A DNA stretch of 63,849 nt, counting the filler, from Welwitschia mirabilis (Eukaryota): NCBI GenBank assembly GCA_051453625.1. It is 5 parts of one record of this genome, joined end to end, with 100 filler letters (N's around TTAATTAATTAA, not from the genome) between each part and the next. Parts side by side here need not be neighbours in the genome. Positions count along the whole stretch, not along the records: positions 1 to 21,891 come from JBOZIK010000001.1; 4 more parts are not named here. The stretch is one strand, 5' to 3'. Below the pieces are notes generated by a model. It was not told the DNA's origin, searched no databases, and saw nothing but the letters and a program-made list of their open reading frames with translations. Both the position numbers and the translations under genes were made by a program. Each line of letters starts with the position of its first letter. Within the stretch, counting starts at the first letter, position 1. Shown one piece after another: positions 1-13,778 of the stretch.

Positions 1-2123
1 GCATAAGGTATAGTGAACTAGGTATAAAAAGAAGGAATGTTACTTTGAGGATCACATGAATGTTTAAAAGGAAGAGATTGAGAGACAAGAGAAATAGACT
101 CTTCGCAGTGATGGATGTTATGAGAGTCAAGAAAAGGAACATGGCCTTGAGAATTATATGAAGGTATTACTGGAAGAGATGGGAAAAAGTTATTACTATC
201 ACGATTATGAGGTAATACAAAGGTGGAAGCAGAAGTGAAANNNNNNNNNNNNNNNNNNNNNNNNNNNNNNNNNNNNNNNNNNNNNNNNNNNNNNNNNNNN
301 NNNNNNNNNNNNNNNNNNNNNNNNNNNNNNNNNNNNNNNNNNNNNNNNNNNNNNNNNNNNNNNNNNNNNNNNNNNNNNNNNNNNNNNNNNNNNNNNNNNN
401 NNNNNNNNNNNNNNNNNNNNNNNNNNNNNNNNNNNNNNNNNNNNNNNNNNNNNNNNNNNNNNNNNNNNNNNNNNNNNNNNNATAAATAATTGGACTTATT
501 AAAAATATTTTCAAGAGATATAAAAACATCATCTTCATCATTGATTGAAAGGTTTTCATTTTTCTCATAATTGGATGTCTCATCTCTATTGTCTAACAGT
601 AAATGAATAGCAGGAATATAATCTAATATCTTAATATCATCATCCAATAAATGGTCATCTTCATCCCAATTGTTGAAATATTAAGTTGTGTTATTATTGT
701 TTCCCTTTTTCTTATCTCCTAATGAGTAGGATGTTGAAGTTTGATCTAAAATTTCATCTTCAAGGTAAAAGCAAGTATCATCATCATCAGTGGTTTCTAT
801 GTTTTCTTCCTTGTCCTCGAGATAGGATGAAGTAGGATAGTTGTGATAATGTTATGATATAAAAGATCCTTAAATATATAATAGTATTGTTGCAAGTTTT
901 CAACTAATTTTTCCAAGTTATTATTGATGTTTTCTTGGGTTTTCATCATTTTACCAATCATTTCTCTTAATGGATCTTTTTCTTCCTCATAGTAGTTAAT
1001 GGAAGTTGGTTCATCTTGATAGTAATGCATGTAAGATGATTGGGATTGATAAAAATGATTGTAAAAAGTTTTTTTAAATGAGGTGGAATCCCTAAAATAT
1101 GGAGAATGTTCATTATCATGTCTATATAAGGCTTGAAAAGAAGAGGGAAAAGAATACATAGATTGGAAAGAATAAGGGGCTCAATTTCTATTTTCAACAT
1201 TATTTTATGATGGTCTTCCTCTTTCAATAAAAATTTCTTAAAGTGTTTCCTTACCAATGTCCTCATCATTTTATAAGTTTTTTCTCTTTTCAGAAAGAAG
1301 TTCTGCAATGGTCCTTCTATTACTATTCATTGAAGTCAGCAAGAAGAATAGAATAAGAGAATTTTAATTCAAGATGATAAGAAAGATAAGTACATAATGA
1401 AGATCAAGTTTTCCTCTCTTAGATGTTTTCTCATTTGAAATTGCTATTTCTTAATACTTAAAAGATGTGGAATCATTGCTACAAATTGACTATAAAGAGA
1501 AAAGAAAATCTAATTCTAAAATAGAAAAAAGAAATCCCAGAATTTATGTATCTATGTTGAGCATACCTAGATTTTTGTTTTGAATTTGAATAATTCTTTT
1601 CTGATGTTTTTATTAATCCAGCTACTTACTGGTTGATATTTCATCTTTTTACAGAATTCTTTATATCCTTGCTTGTACAAATAGTAAACAAAAACTAGAA
1701 TCAAATGCAATGGATCATCATCCACCTAGTCATGAGAGTAATATGTGGGACAATAATCATAGAAAAACTAAACTCTAAAAACTTTAGAAAGAAAAGATTA
1801 CTAAAACTAAGATCGTCTTCTAGCATCTCATGTGGACGACAGTTTTATTACTAAACTATGAGTAGAAGAAAAATTGTAAAAATACAAAATAAATTCAAAA
1901 TTTCAGAACTATCATATCCTATGTCATTGGAATGACAGAGAAAATGATAGGGTTCCTATAAAAGATTATAGAAAATAAAATTTGCAGTAATAAATCTAAC
2001 CTTAAACTACACTATAAATATAACATTAATTCAAATAAATAACCTAAAAAAATTCAAGGTACCTATCTAGTTAATGGCAATCCTCTTAGCTCCTTGCATC
2101 CTTTCCTAGTAATGGCATTAAAA
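1..2123 (-). mobile_element. Athila-derived element E1: leader plus degenerate gag-like ORF without a recognisable capsid domain; truncated by the window start
   Basis: Follows a PBS and LTR on the minus strand. Bases 1560-1610 resemble the gag 5' region at 37436-37490. The peptide DPLREMIGKMMKTQENINNNLEKLV resembles the gag C-terminal region at 36120-36200. Paralogous to 4900-5900 and 57290-57860. Confidence 0.7.
2103..2120 (-). promoter_or_regulatory. Degenerate Asp-tRNA PBS of E1
   Basis: ttcctagtaatggcatta versus the plant tRNA-Asp 3' end TCCCCGGCAACGGCGCCA; 3 nt from the LTR edge. Confidence 0.75.
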
Positions 2124-4129
2124 TGTTGTAGTGTAAATTTATGTAGTCTTGAAGTCCTTTAGGTAAACCTGTAAATCATATAACTTGCAGAAAACACACA
2201 CCAGTATAGACGAGACTTCACTAGAATGTTGTAATCCAATAAAGGCACTAGGCTTAAAGTTAGTAAATTAATTTTCCAAAGTATTTTTAGTATTTTAACT
2301 TATAAAAAATGTAAGGAAATAAATAAGTAAATGTAATGCAAGATTAAATAAATATAAAATGCAGTGAATGGAAATGGAAATGGATCCTACTTAGATTCTT
2401 GATTCTTCTATCATAAAGACTACTTTCTTTATAACTTATATCAATTAAGAAGAGCATTCACTAGTTCTTAACCAATATAAACTATGAGATCTATCCAAGT
2501 AAGAATATGCAATATGCAATATGAAATGAAATGAAAATGCAATGCAAATCTACTACTACTAACCAAGATCAACCTTAACAAAGGTTACTCTTATGATCTA
2601 AATAAATCACAAAACTATCACTTAACTATNNNNNNNNNNNNNNNNNNNNNNNNNNNNNNNNNNNNNNNNNNNNNNNNNNNNNNNNNNNNNNNNNNNNNNN
2701 TCCACTTACAATAGAATAATAGCACCTCAATGGAAGAGACTCAACCTAACACCAAGGAAACTCCTTGTTGTAGCTACTAGATGGACCTCTTATTCTTCAA
2801 TCTTTTATCACAAGCATATCAAGTATAAAAGATGGTTTGGAAGTAAAATAGGAAAGGGTATTTATAGTTTTACAATAAAAGTTCTAGAATTGTAACCCTA
2901 AACATTGGTGAATAAAATCCTAGCAGCCCACATGGGTCACTTGACTTTATTTACAACCATATTTATTTCATAACNNNNNNNNNNNNNNNNNNNNNNNNNN
3001 NNNNNNNNNNNNNNNNNNNNNNNNNNNNNNNNNNNNNNNNNNNNNNNNNNNNNNNNNNNNNNNNNNNNNNNNNNNNNNNNNNNNNNNNNNNNNNNNNNNN
3101 NNNNNNNNNNNNNNNNNNNNNNNNNNNNNNNNNNNNNNNNNNNNNNNNNNNNNNNNNNNNNNNNNNNNNNNNNNNNNNNNNNNNNNNNNNNNNNNNNNNN
3201 NNNNNNNNNNNNNNNNNNNNNNNNNNNNNNNNNNNNNNNNNNNNNNNNNNNNNNNNNNNNNNNNNNNNNNNNNNNNNNNNNNNNNNNNNNNNNNNNNNNN
3301 NNNNNNNNNNNNNNNNNNNNNNNNNNNNNNNNNNNNNNNNNNNNNNNNNNNNNNNNNNNNNNNNNNNNNNNNNNNNNNNNNNNNNNNNNNNNNNNNNNNN
3401 NNNNNNNNNNNNNNNNNNNNNNNNNNNNNNNNNNNNNNNNNNNNNNNNNNNNNNNNNNNNNNNNNNNNNNNNNNNNNNNNNNNNNNNNNNNNNNNNNNNN
3501 NNNNNNNNNNNNNNNNNNNNNNNNNNNNNNNNNNNNNNNNNNNNNNNNNNNNNNNNNNNNNNNNNNNNNNNNNNNNNNNNNNNNNNNNNNNNNNNNNNNN
3601 NNNNNNNNNNNNNNNNNNNNNNNNNNNNNNNNNNNNNNNNNNNNNNNNNNNNNNNNNNNNNNNNNNNNNNNNNNNNNNNNNNNNNNNNNNNNNNNNNNNN
3701 NNNNNNNNNNNNNNNNNNNNNNNNNNNNNNNNNNNNNNNNNNNNNNNNNNNNNNNNNNNNNNNNNNNNNNNNNNNNNNNNNNNNNNNNNNNNNNNNNNNN
3801 NNNNNNNNNNNNNNNNNNNNNNNNNNNNNNNNNNTGTCATGGTGGGTATTAGTGCTATTATCCACTTTGTTATGTAGATGACAGTGAGATGGTACATCTG
3901 ATAAGCTTCTCAAGTAGAGTAAATTAGTCTTCTTTACCTTTAGTCTTCCTTTAATATGCTAAGTATCAGAACATATCAGAAATTCCTCTAATTATGCCAA
4001 GAATTACATGTTTCCATGATCATCCTATCATCTCTTCATAATTATTAGAATTGCATCTAAACTTATATAATTGTCCTACAAAAGTACTTTAAATACAACA
4101 TCAGATTCCTACAAATTGGCATCGTAACA
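2124..4129 (-). repeat. 5' LTR of E1 (family A; contains gaps)
   Basis: Begins TGTTGTAGTGTAAATTT and ends AAATTGGCATCGTAACA (imperfect terminal inverted repeat). Alignable with the LTRs at 27884 and 41332. TATA box CTATAAATACCC on the minus strand at 2856-2867. Confidence 0.85.
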
Positions 4130-6824
4130 AGGAGGGATTTCATTTGAGTTTCTGCATGAAAGTACAACTAAAAGAGATGGAAAAATATGTATAGACTCTT
4201 TAAGTTGGTTTTTCTTCATTGAAAGGTATAAGTCTATTCTCTATTAATTTTATTTTACTTTTAATTGTTTCTTCTTTATTCCTCTCCTTCTCATTGTTGA
4301 TTTCATCATTACTTGGTTGAATGCTCTCTTCGATCATATCTCCCTCTTCTTTATTATCAATATAATTGATTATATCTTGTTCCTCTTTATTGTTTTGTTC
4401 AGGATTATTTTTATTTTCTAAGTTGGTGGCTTCCTCAAAAAGATCATTAATAAGATTATAGAAAGGAAAGTTCTCATTATCTTCATTATGTAATAAAAGA
4501 TTTTATAATATCTCCTGAGTTAAATATTATTTTCTGTATCAAATAATTCTATTAATTATAAATTATGATCGTCATTTTCAGTTATTAAGTTACTATTACA
4601 AAGTTGATTCTTCTTCACTAATTTTATTTCATTACTTAAATTCTCCATTAATCTTATAAGTTAAACTTCTTTTAAAGGTGGAACTCCTTCATCCTCATTG
4701 CAAAGTAAGTGAAAACTAGGGATATGATCATCATCTTCTTCTTCAGCACTCTCATCATCTTGTTGTATGTTTTTCAATTTGTTAGGTTCAAGGAAAAATT
4801 CGATCATTATGTCTATCATAGATTAAAGAATTTTTAGACTTCTCATGAGTTGATTCTTTATTTATATTATTTAGTAGTAAATGGATACTAGGAATATAAT
4901 TTAAGACCTCAATAAGATCGCCTAATGAATGGTCATCTTCATCCCTATTATTAAAAGATTAAGGTGAGTTGTTATTGTCTTTCCTTTTCTCATCTCCTAA
5001 TGAGTAGTATTTTGAAGTTTAATTCAACATTTTATTCTCTACTTAAAAGCAAGGATTATTATTATTTAATTCTAAATTATCCTTATTTTCCTCAATGTAG
5101 GATATAGAAGGATATGTTTGAGGTTGTTGTAATGTAAAACAACCTAAATTTTATAATAGTATTTGTTTTAAGGTCTTAATTAAATTTTCTAGTTTTTTGT
5201 TGGAATTTTCTAGGCTTTTGTTGAAATTCTTTAGTTTTTTATTTATTTCATCAATCATTGCTTTTCTTGGATTATTTTCCTCCTTATAGTAGTTAATGGG
5301 AGATGGTTCTTATTTATAGTAATTAATGAAAGATGGATGGAATTGATGAAAATGATTATAAGAAGTTTGTGTAAATGAGGTTGAATGCCTAAAATGTGGA
5401 ATATTTCCATTGTTATTTTTATATAAAGTTCGAAATGAAGAAGGGGAATAATAAGATGGTTGAAAAGAGGAATGGATCTAATTCCTACTCTCAACATCAT
5501 TTTGTATTATTCTTCTTCTTTTTGCAAAAATTTCTTGAAGTTTTTTATTACTAATATCCTCAAAATATTTCAAGTTTATCCTTCTTTTAGCAAGAATTTC
5601 TTTAAGGGTTTTTGCATGACTATTCATAATTAAGAAGAATAAAAAAGAGAATCTAATTTGAGATTAAGATAACTGCATAGTGAAGGTTGATTTCCACTTC
5701 TATTTGATGTTTTATCAAAATTGTCTTGATTCTTAACACTTAAAAGATGTGTAATGGTTATCATTATTTTCTAAAAAAAATTTCTTCAAGGAATTAGATT
5801 TATTAAAAAAAAGAACTTGGAAGAAATATTGTATTCATCTATAGATTATGTTCTTGATTCTATTTTGAATTCAAGCAATCCTTTTCTGATACTTTCATCT
5901 ATTAATAGCCCTTTTTCTCTAATATTTCCTTTCTATATTGACCATATTACAACATGCTTCAAATAGAAAACAATAAAAAAAGAAATAAAAAATAACTAAT
6001 AGCCATCCTTTTACTCATGGAGATGACAGAGAGGAAAATAAAAATAGAAATAGAAATAGAAAATATAAATTTATAGAAAGTAGAAAGTAGAAAATAAAAA
6101 TAGAGGCTATCATTCTTATGGTCATGGAAATGACATAGGGGATAATAAAAAAAAAGCAAAAAGCTAGAATTTTCTATAACTCAAAAATAGAATGTAAAAA
6201 ATAGAAATAGAGTGTATTGTCCATCTTGTTATGGGAACGATAGATAAGATAATATCAATTTTACTATTAAAACAAAAATTGAAAAAATTCATAGATAGAG
6301 AGTAACTAGGAAATCTATGTTATCATTCTTAATGTCATGGGGTTGATAGAAAGGATGAAAACTGTTATTAGAGAATACAAAAAACAAAAACTACAAATAG
6401 AAAACCTCTAGTTCCTAATTAAAAATACAATGTTGCTACACATAAATAACTAAACAAAAATCTGATTTACTCATCTAAACAATGACAATCCTCATGCTCC
6501 TCAATAGCCTNNNNNNNNNNNNNNNNNNNNNNNNNNNNNNNNNNNNNNNNNNNNNNNNNNNNNNNNNNNNNNNNNNNNNNNNNNNNNNNNNNNNNNNNNN
6601 NNNNNNNNNNTGTTATCATTCTTAATGTCATGGGGATGATAAAAAGGATGAAAACTGTTATTAGAGAATACAAAGAACAAAAACTATAAATAGAAAACCT
6701 CTAGTTCCTAATTAAAAATACAATGTCACTACACATAAATAACTAAACAAAAATTTGATTTACTCATCTAAACAATGACAATCCTCATGCTCCTCAATAG
6801 CCTTCTTTATTAATAGTGTTAACA
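4130..6824 (-). mobile_element. Athila-derived element E2: leader plus degenerate gag-like ORF, interrupted by the E1 LTR
   Basis: Bases 4870-5900 are collinear with 600-1610. Decayed PBS at 6804-6821 (tctttattaatagtgtta). Confidence 0.7.
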
Positions 6825-8316
6825 TGTTGTAATGTGTATTTTTACAACTTCTCATCTTACTCAAATATTATTAATAAAAAATATATATNNNNNNNNNNNN
6901 NNNNNNNNNNNNNNNNNNNNNNNNNNNNNNNNNNNNNNNNNNNNNNNNNNNNNNNNNNNNNNNNNNNNNNNNNNNNNNNNNNNNNNNNNNNNNNNNNNNN
7001 NNNNNNNNNNNNNNNNNNNNNNNNNNNNNNNNNNNNNNNNNNNNNNNNNNNNNNNNNNNNNNNNNNNNNNNNNNNNNNNNNNNNNNNNNNNNNNNNNNNN
7101 NNNNNNNNNNNNNNNNNNNNNNNNNNNNNNNNNNNNNNNNNNNNNNNNNNNNNNNNNNNNNNNNNNNNNNNNNNNNNNNNNNNNNNNNNNNTCATTAATA
7201 GAGTTAACATGTTGTGATGTGTATTTTTACAACTTCTTCTCTTACTCAAATATTATTAATAAAAAATATATATATTATAAAATACACACTCTAGTATGAA
7301 TGGGGATGATTCAAATTTTGTAACCCATTGAAGACTTATAAGAAAAGAATGAGAATTGATTTTTGAAGAGAATATAGTAACTGAAACTTAAGAATCAATG
7401 CATGAAATAAAGATGCGATGCAATGCAAATGCAACTAAATATAAATGCAATGCAAAATGAATATAAAACACTTTCATCAGCCTTAACAATGGCTGCTTTT
7501 AAGACCTATATCATCAATGAGACTGTTACTGGATTAGGAATAACATAACCTATAATGGAAATATAACAGAACTAAATGCATGATTGAAACAAATTTTTAC
7601 ATTAAAGTAGAACTAGCATCTAGATTACAAAATAGTTGTGCCTTAATAAAGGATGCATAACCCTTCACTAAGGGAACATCTTTCTATAACTCTGAAGATA
7701 AATCTCTAGCCCTTTGATCTCCTATCATGAGTATGTTTAATGTAAATGAAGATAGATAGGAGAGCCAAGGGGCTATCTTAGTTACAGGTCTAAGAAGTAA
7801 AGCCCTCACAAAAAAGTTACTGTAAAATGCACTCAATTACAAGAAAGAAATGGATGAAATAAATAAAGATTAGCTAACAGTTACAATTATCATCATATGT
7901 ATTATGAGAACAATCAAGGGGATGATGACTCAAATGTTACATTTATTGTCTTGCATGTCATTGGGATGATACTTATTTAGAAAAGATGGCTTAGTAGTAT
8001 TAGATCCAGTTCAAATTAGTACTTCCATGTGGTATGTATAATATTATTATCTTATCTGTCGTGGGAATGACAGAGGGAATGACAATATTATTTATCCTTC
8101 TGACTCAAGAGAAGCTATTCTTTCTTATTAGTAATCTCCCTCAAAGGTATAATGTATTAGAATATGCTTTAAATTCCTCTAATCATGTTAAGAATTGAAC
8201 ATTTATGAGATCTTCCATCAAATCTTCATAATCCTCAAAATTACATCTAAACCTACATAAATCACTTGTAAAATAGCTTGTAATACCCCACCAAATACAT
8301 ACAATTTGATAGTGCA
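6825..8316 (-). repeat. 5' LTR of E2 (edge duplicated across a gap at 6825 and 7210; right end approximate)
   Basis: TGTTGTGATGTGTATTT edge next to the PBS. Block order (AATGCAA repeats, hairpin triplet, terminal block) matches the LTRs at 2124 and 51643. Confidence 0.7.
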
Positions 8317-8319
8317 TTA

Positions 8320-10450
8320 GTGACTAAGTGGTTTTCTTCACATAATTCACAAGTAGGAGTCAATGTGATGTGGATTTTGACTAATTTTACCTTTTTGATT
8401 GCTTTTATCATTTTTCTTACAAGTGGGCTATCATTGTTACTACTATCTTCATCTTTGTAGATAATTTATTTTTGCTTACCCTCTCGATGTCTTATGTGAT
8501 TTAATTATCTCAATGATTATTCAAGGTTTTAATTTTTTTTTTTATTTAGGCCTTGCTTAACTAAGTTTAACTAAGTCCTATAAATGTTTTCATGCCTCAT
8601 TAGATGTGTATTAAATAAACTCCATTCATAAGAAATATCCATCATTTGTTTTGTTGCATTTGTTAGGCCATTATAGAAATGATAGATTAATTCTTCTTTC
8701 TTGAATTCATGTATAGGATTNNNNNNNNNNNNNNNNNNNNNNNNNNNNNNNNNNNNNNNNNNNNNNNNNNNNNNNNNNNNNNNNNNNNNNNNNNNNNNNN
8801 NNNNNNNNNNNNNNNNNNNNTTTAATTGCTTTTACCATTTTTCTTATAAGTGGGCTATCACTGTTACTACTATCTTCATCTTTGTAGATAATTTATTTTT
8901 GCTTACCCTCTCGATGTCTTACGTGATTTAATTATCTCAATGATTATTCAAGGTTTTTCTTTTTTTTTTTTTTGGTTTAGGCCTTGCTTAACTAAGTTTA
9001 ACTAAGTCCTATAAATGTTGCCATGCTTCATTAGATGTGTATTGAATANNNNNNNNNNTGAATAAACTCCATTCATAAGAAATATCCATCATTTATTTTC
9101 TTGCATTAGTTAGGCCATTATAGAAATGATAGATTAATTCTTCTTTCTTTAATTCATGTATAGGATTGACTAAAACTAGAATTAGGTATCTTTCCTAATG
9201 TGAATTGTAATCCTCATTGTCTTTTTATTGAAAATTGATTACCTCACTATGTCTTTGCCTCAGAGTGTTTCCACTAAGAAATCGTTTGATAAAGATTCTT
9301 TGGTATCCTTCCAAGTTTTAAAAATTTTATGAGGTAAAGTATTAAATTAGTTTTTTGCTTTTTCACTCAATTTATAAGGAAATACTATCATGTAATTTCT
9401 ATGTGTTATGGGCTTCTTTTCATTACACATGAGAATTAATTGTTCTATGGTAGTGATGTATTTATAAGGATCTTCATGAGTTTCTCCATAGAAAGAGGGA
9501 TAAGAATTAAGGTTTTTGATTTCTATGTCATCTCCAATAGGAAGATCGAAAGGATTATGAGTTTTTCTAAGTTTATCTTTAAGAGTTGACTGGATGTTAC
9601 CATTAGAAATTATAGATNNNNNNNNNNNNNNNNNNNNNNNNNNNNNNNNNNNNNNNNNNNNNNNNNNNNNNNNNNNNNNNNNNNNNNNNNNNNNNNNNNN
9701 NNNNNNNNNNNNNNNNNGACTAAAACTAGAATTAGGTATATTTCCTAATGTGAATTATAATCCTCATTGTCTTTTTATTGAAAATTAATTACCTCACTAT
9801 GTCTTTGCCTCAGAGTATTTCCACTAAGAAATCGTTTGATAAAGATTCTTTGGTATCCTTCCAAGTTTTAAAAATTTTATGGGGTAAAGTATTAAATCAT
9901 TTTTTTGCTTTTCCACTCAATTTATAAGGAAATACTATCATATAATTTCTATATGTTATGGGCTTCTTTTCATTACACATGAGAATTAATTATTCTATGG
10001 TAGTGATGTATTTATAAGGATCTTTATGAGTTTCTTCATAGAAAGAGGGATAAGCATTAAGGTTTTTGATTTCTATGTCATCCCCAATAGGAAGATTGAA
10101 AGGATTATGAGTTTCTCTAAGTTTATATTTAATAGTTAACTGGATGATACCATTAGAAATTATAGATATTATGGAAGTTGTAGGGTTCTAACTTACACAT
10201 TTACTATTCAATGAATAAAAATTTGAAACTTGTTTTTCAAAAAAATTTAAATTAGGTTTAGAAAGACTTGTATAAGAAGAGGTGGTTTTTGTTTTAAGAG
10301 GGTGTTTGAAAATTATAAAAGATGACTTAGTAGTTAATGAAATACTTTTAGAATGTGAATTAAAATCTTCTTTCAAATTAGATTTATTGAATTCAAACCT
10401 AGTATAAATTGTTCAACTCGAGTCCTTGAATTATAAATTTGAATACCTTC
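8320..10450 (-). pseudogene. gag: Athila gag remnant of element E3, partly duplicated across gaps
   Basis: Minus-strand translation gives NSYPSFYGETHEDPYKYI (~9460-9510) and HFYNGLTNATKQMMDI (~8635-8680), typical of Athila gag. Many stops. Confidence 0.8.
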
Positions 10451-11247
10451 TTGAACTACCTCTTTCAAAAATTGATTTTCACATTAATAACATATCTTTT
10501 TTTCTTTAGANNNNNNNNNNNNNNNNNNNNNNNNNNNNNNNNNNNNNNNNNNNNNNNNNNNNNNNNNNNNNNNNNNNNNNNNNNNNNNNNNNNNNNNNNN
10601 NNNNNNNNNNCGAGTCCTTAAATTATAAATTTGAATACCTTCTTGAACTACCTCTTTTAAAAATTGATTTTTACATTAATAACATACCTTTTTTTCTTTA
10701 GAATCTAATGGCATTTCCTTCCTTGACTTGAAATAGTAGTCCAACCTTTTAACTCACAACCATTATAAGTAATCTCCAAGATTACTTAAAGTATAAGAAG
10801 TAGACCTAATGGCTAAGAGTAATATTTCTTCTTGGAATTTTCTCTTAGAATCTAATAAAAAGACACCAAAAGGCTTCTCACTATGTGGTAATTCTTCCAA
10901 GTTTTAGAATGTATAAGAAGGTATACCTAGTAATGAGGGAATTTTAAATGAAAAACAAAATAGAAAAATAAGAGTCAATTTGTAATAAAAAGGGTACATA
11001 ATATAAAAAATAAGTAGAAATAATGTATTACTCTCTAAAGGTAAATAATCTTTCTTGGATAGGGCTAGACCTTAGAGATAATCTTGATTTTGATTAAAAG
11101 ATAAGTAGATATCTTTAGGTAATCTTCTCAAAGTAAGTATATTACATCCATAGGTATTAGATGTGACCCAAAATCAAATAGATGAAATGATAGAATAAAT
11201 TCAATATATTTACTCTTAATTGAATGAACTTATAGCTTATTCTGATT

Positions 11248-11265
11248 TTTCTAGCAACAAAGCCA
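11248..11265 (-). promoter_or_regulatory. Degenerate Asp-tRNA PBS of E3
   Basis: tttctagcaacaaagcca, 3 nt from the TGTTGGTGG LTR edge. Confidence 0.7.
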
Positions 11266-11268
11266 AGA

Positions 11269-12458
11269 TGTTGGTGGCTAAAGTGTACTTCAAAAGTAGT
11301 CAATTCTTGAAATAATGTAATTGTAATTAAGCTTAGTATAAGGTGATTCAACCAAGAACTTCATAGTCTAGAGAGCATAAGACAACATCCTAATAAAGCA
11401 CATAATTAAGAAAGAATAATCATTAAAATTTTAATACAATTTCTTTAAATTATTTTGTATATTTTTTAATGCAAAAAGAAAAAATAACAATTCAACTATT
11501 TAATTATGAAATGCAAAATAAATGAGAAATAATAAATGTAAGCCTATGATAACTAATTTTAGAGTTGTTGTCACCCAAACTTAGCCCTTATGACCTATAT
11601 TAAATTAAAATTAATCTAAATGAAAGTATTAATCAAACATAACATAAGCCATAAGAGAAATAAGATGAGTTAGAGAAAAAAGACATTTTATTAAATAATT
11701 CCAATATCTTACAAAAACCTTAGTAGGCAGTGACTTCTCAATAACAAAAACATAGCCTAATCACTAAGAACAATCTTTCTAATACTAATCTTTCTAATAC
11801 TAAAATGGATCTTCAACACCTTTGGATGCCTTTGTCACCAATCCTCAAATATTAACAAACATCTAAATAAGGCCAAATGGAAATTTATATAGTTTTTATA
11901 AAGTGGTTACAAGTCTAGAAGATTAGTATAGGTGCAAAAGCATTATTAGGTGTAAACTAGACCTTAATTGATATAGTTAGAATTAAGTTATGATGATATC
12001 ATGTTACTATCTTCATGTGGATGACATACGTCATGACACCCCTTCATAATCTAATCATAGGCTGCCTCGTTAGGAGATTGTTAGCATGTGAATTTAAACT
12101 ATAATGGATATGTCATCTCCTATGTCATGTAAATAACATAAGGCAAAATAACCATGTCAGATCACCAAGTTAGCATTGCCTAGTCAATAGCTCCATAGCC
12201 TTTTTGCAATATCATCATGACTTGTGTTGTGAGGACAATAATAGGAACAGCATCTAATTCTTTTTCTTCTAGTATTCACTCTAATTTTTACTTGATTAAA
12301 TTCCTTCTCTTATGAATGAAAATTTAGCAATTAAGATCATAATTAATTTATTGTATTTCTTCAAAACAAAGTTCCTAAAAATAACTGAATCGAGTCCCTA
12401 TTCCCTATAAAACATTATTAATTACACTATTAAAGTATGACAAATTAGTATCACAATA
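11269..12458 (-). repeat. 5' LTR of E3 (~1.2 kb)
   Basis: TGTTGGTGG...AAATTAGTATCACAATA termini; hairpin triplet at about 12005-12250. Confidence 0.7.
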
Positions 12459-13678
12459 GAAAGATAGTAAGCAGAAAGGGTTTATAAAGTCTAAGAAATG
12501 TTATAGATAAAATTTGAGTGCAAAATTAGTGAAAATTCACAATGCAAAAAATTTGTAAAAATAGAAAAATTAGTTTCTCTACTACATAAACTTATTCATG
12601 TTATAGGGTTATAGAAAATCATAGTGAAAAAAAGAATTAACTGTAACTTGAATTAACTTCAACCTAAAAAATAATCCTTAAACATTTATAATTTTTCTTA
12701 GGATTTTTAATAAAATTTATGAAACAAAAATAAAAATTTATAGAATAAAACATTACAACATTATACAAAGAAAAAAATGTAAAAAACAAATTGTTAGAAT
12801 TTGATTCAATTTTTAATCATGATCTTAAGTTTGATTACACATGCAAAAAAAGTTATTAAACCTATAACATAAATATATTAAACATAAAAAAACATTTCAG
12901 CTATTAAAAATGATAAACAAAGTTAATAATTTAGACAAGTTCTTGTATCATTAGAATAGGGATCAACACCCATCACTAGAAAAATAAAATCTAACTAAAA
13001 AAATTGAAAGAAGAAAATCATGTAAGATTGAAAACATTATAGTGCAAGCATATCCCTAATAATAATGCCAAAAATCTAATTATAGCTTTATAATGATCTA
13101 GATTTTAACTAAGTGAAACACTTAGTATCATTCTTCCATTAAGATATATGTGATAAATTTAACTAAAAGATACACAATTAACTTTACTTGAAATAAAAAA
13201 TCTAACAAAAACTAAGAATAAGAAGTTAAGAGAAATGTTGATCTTTAATTAGCAATGTAAGAAAATATAAATGCTCCAAGGATCTAGTAATTCATCTAAT
13301 TATCCACTCTTTATCCAATGATTCTTGTATTTTGAAACATGCACTACATCATCAAGTCATTAAGGCTTGTCATAGAGGCATAATCTCATCCACCACATGA
13401 GTGTTTGTCAGTTATCTAGTCCTTATGATACATCACAATTCTTTATAAGCATGAAAAGTATAAATGGAAGTGTACAAGATCCATTAAACAATAAAAACTA
13501 TAAATCACAAAAGTAAATTCAAATAACTTACACCATTTAAAAGAATTTGATAATTAAATAAGATCACCTAAAAATTGCTAATATCATTTTTTATCATTAA
13601 CAATAAACAATTTAATATATTTTAATAACTATTTCTACCTAAATATTGTAACGTTAATTGAATTACACAATAAAAAAA
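12459..13678 (-). mobile_element. Element E4: leader, PBS (13053-13070) and start of an LTR from a different Athila family; ends at a gap
   Basis: tccctaataataatgccaaaaatctaat matches the Athila PBS-LTR junction pattern TCCCCGGCAACGGCGCCAAAAACTTGAT. Confidence 0.55.
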
Positions 13679-13778
13679 NNNNNNNNNNNNNNNNNNNNNN
13701 NNNNNNNNNNNNNNNNNNNNNNNNNNNNNNNNNNNNNNNNNNNNNNNNNNNNNNNNNNNNNNNNNNNNNNNNNNNNNN

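Noticed and set aside
2963..3913. Long ORFs in the supplied track (also around 44000, 45600, 50500, 54300 and 56300)
   Set aside because: They are long only because they run through N gaps
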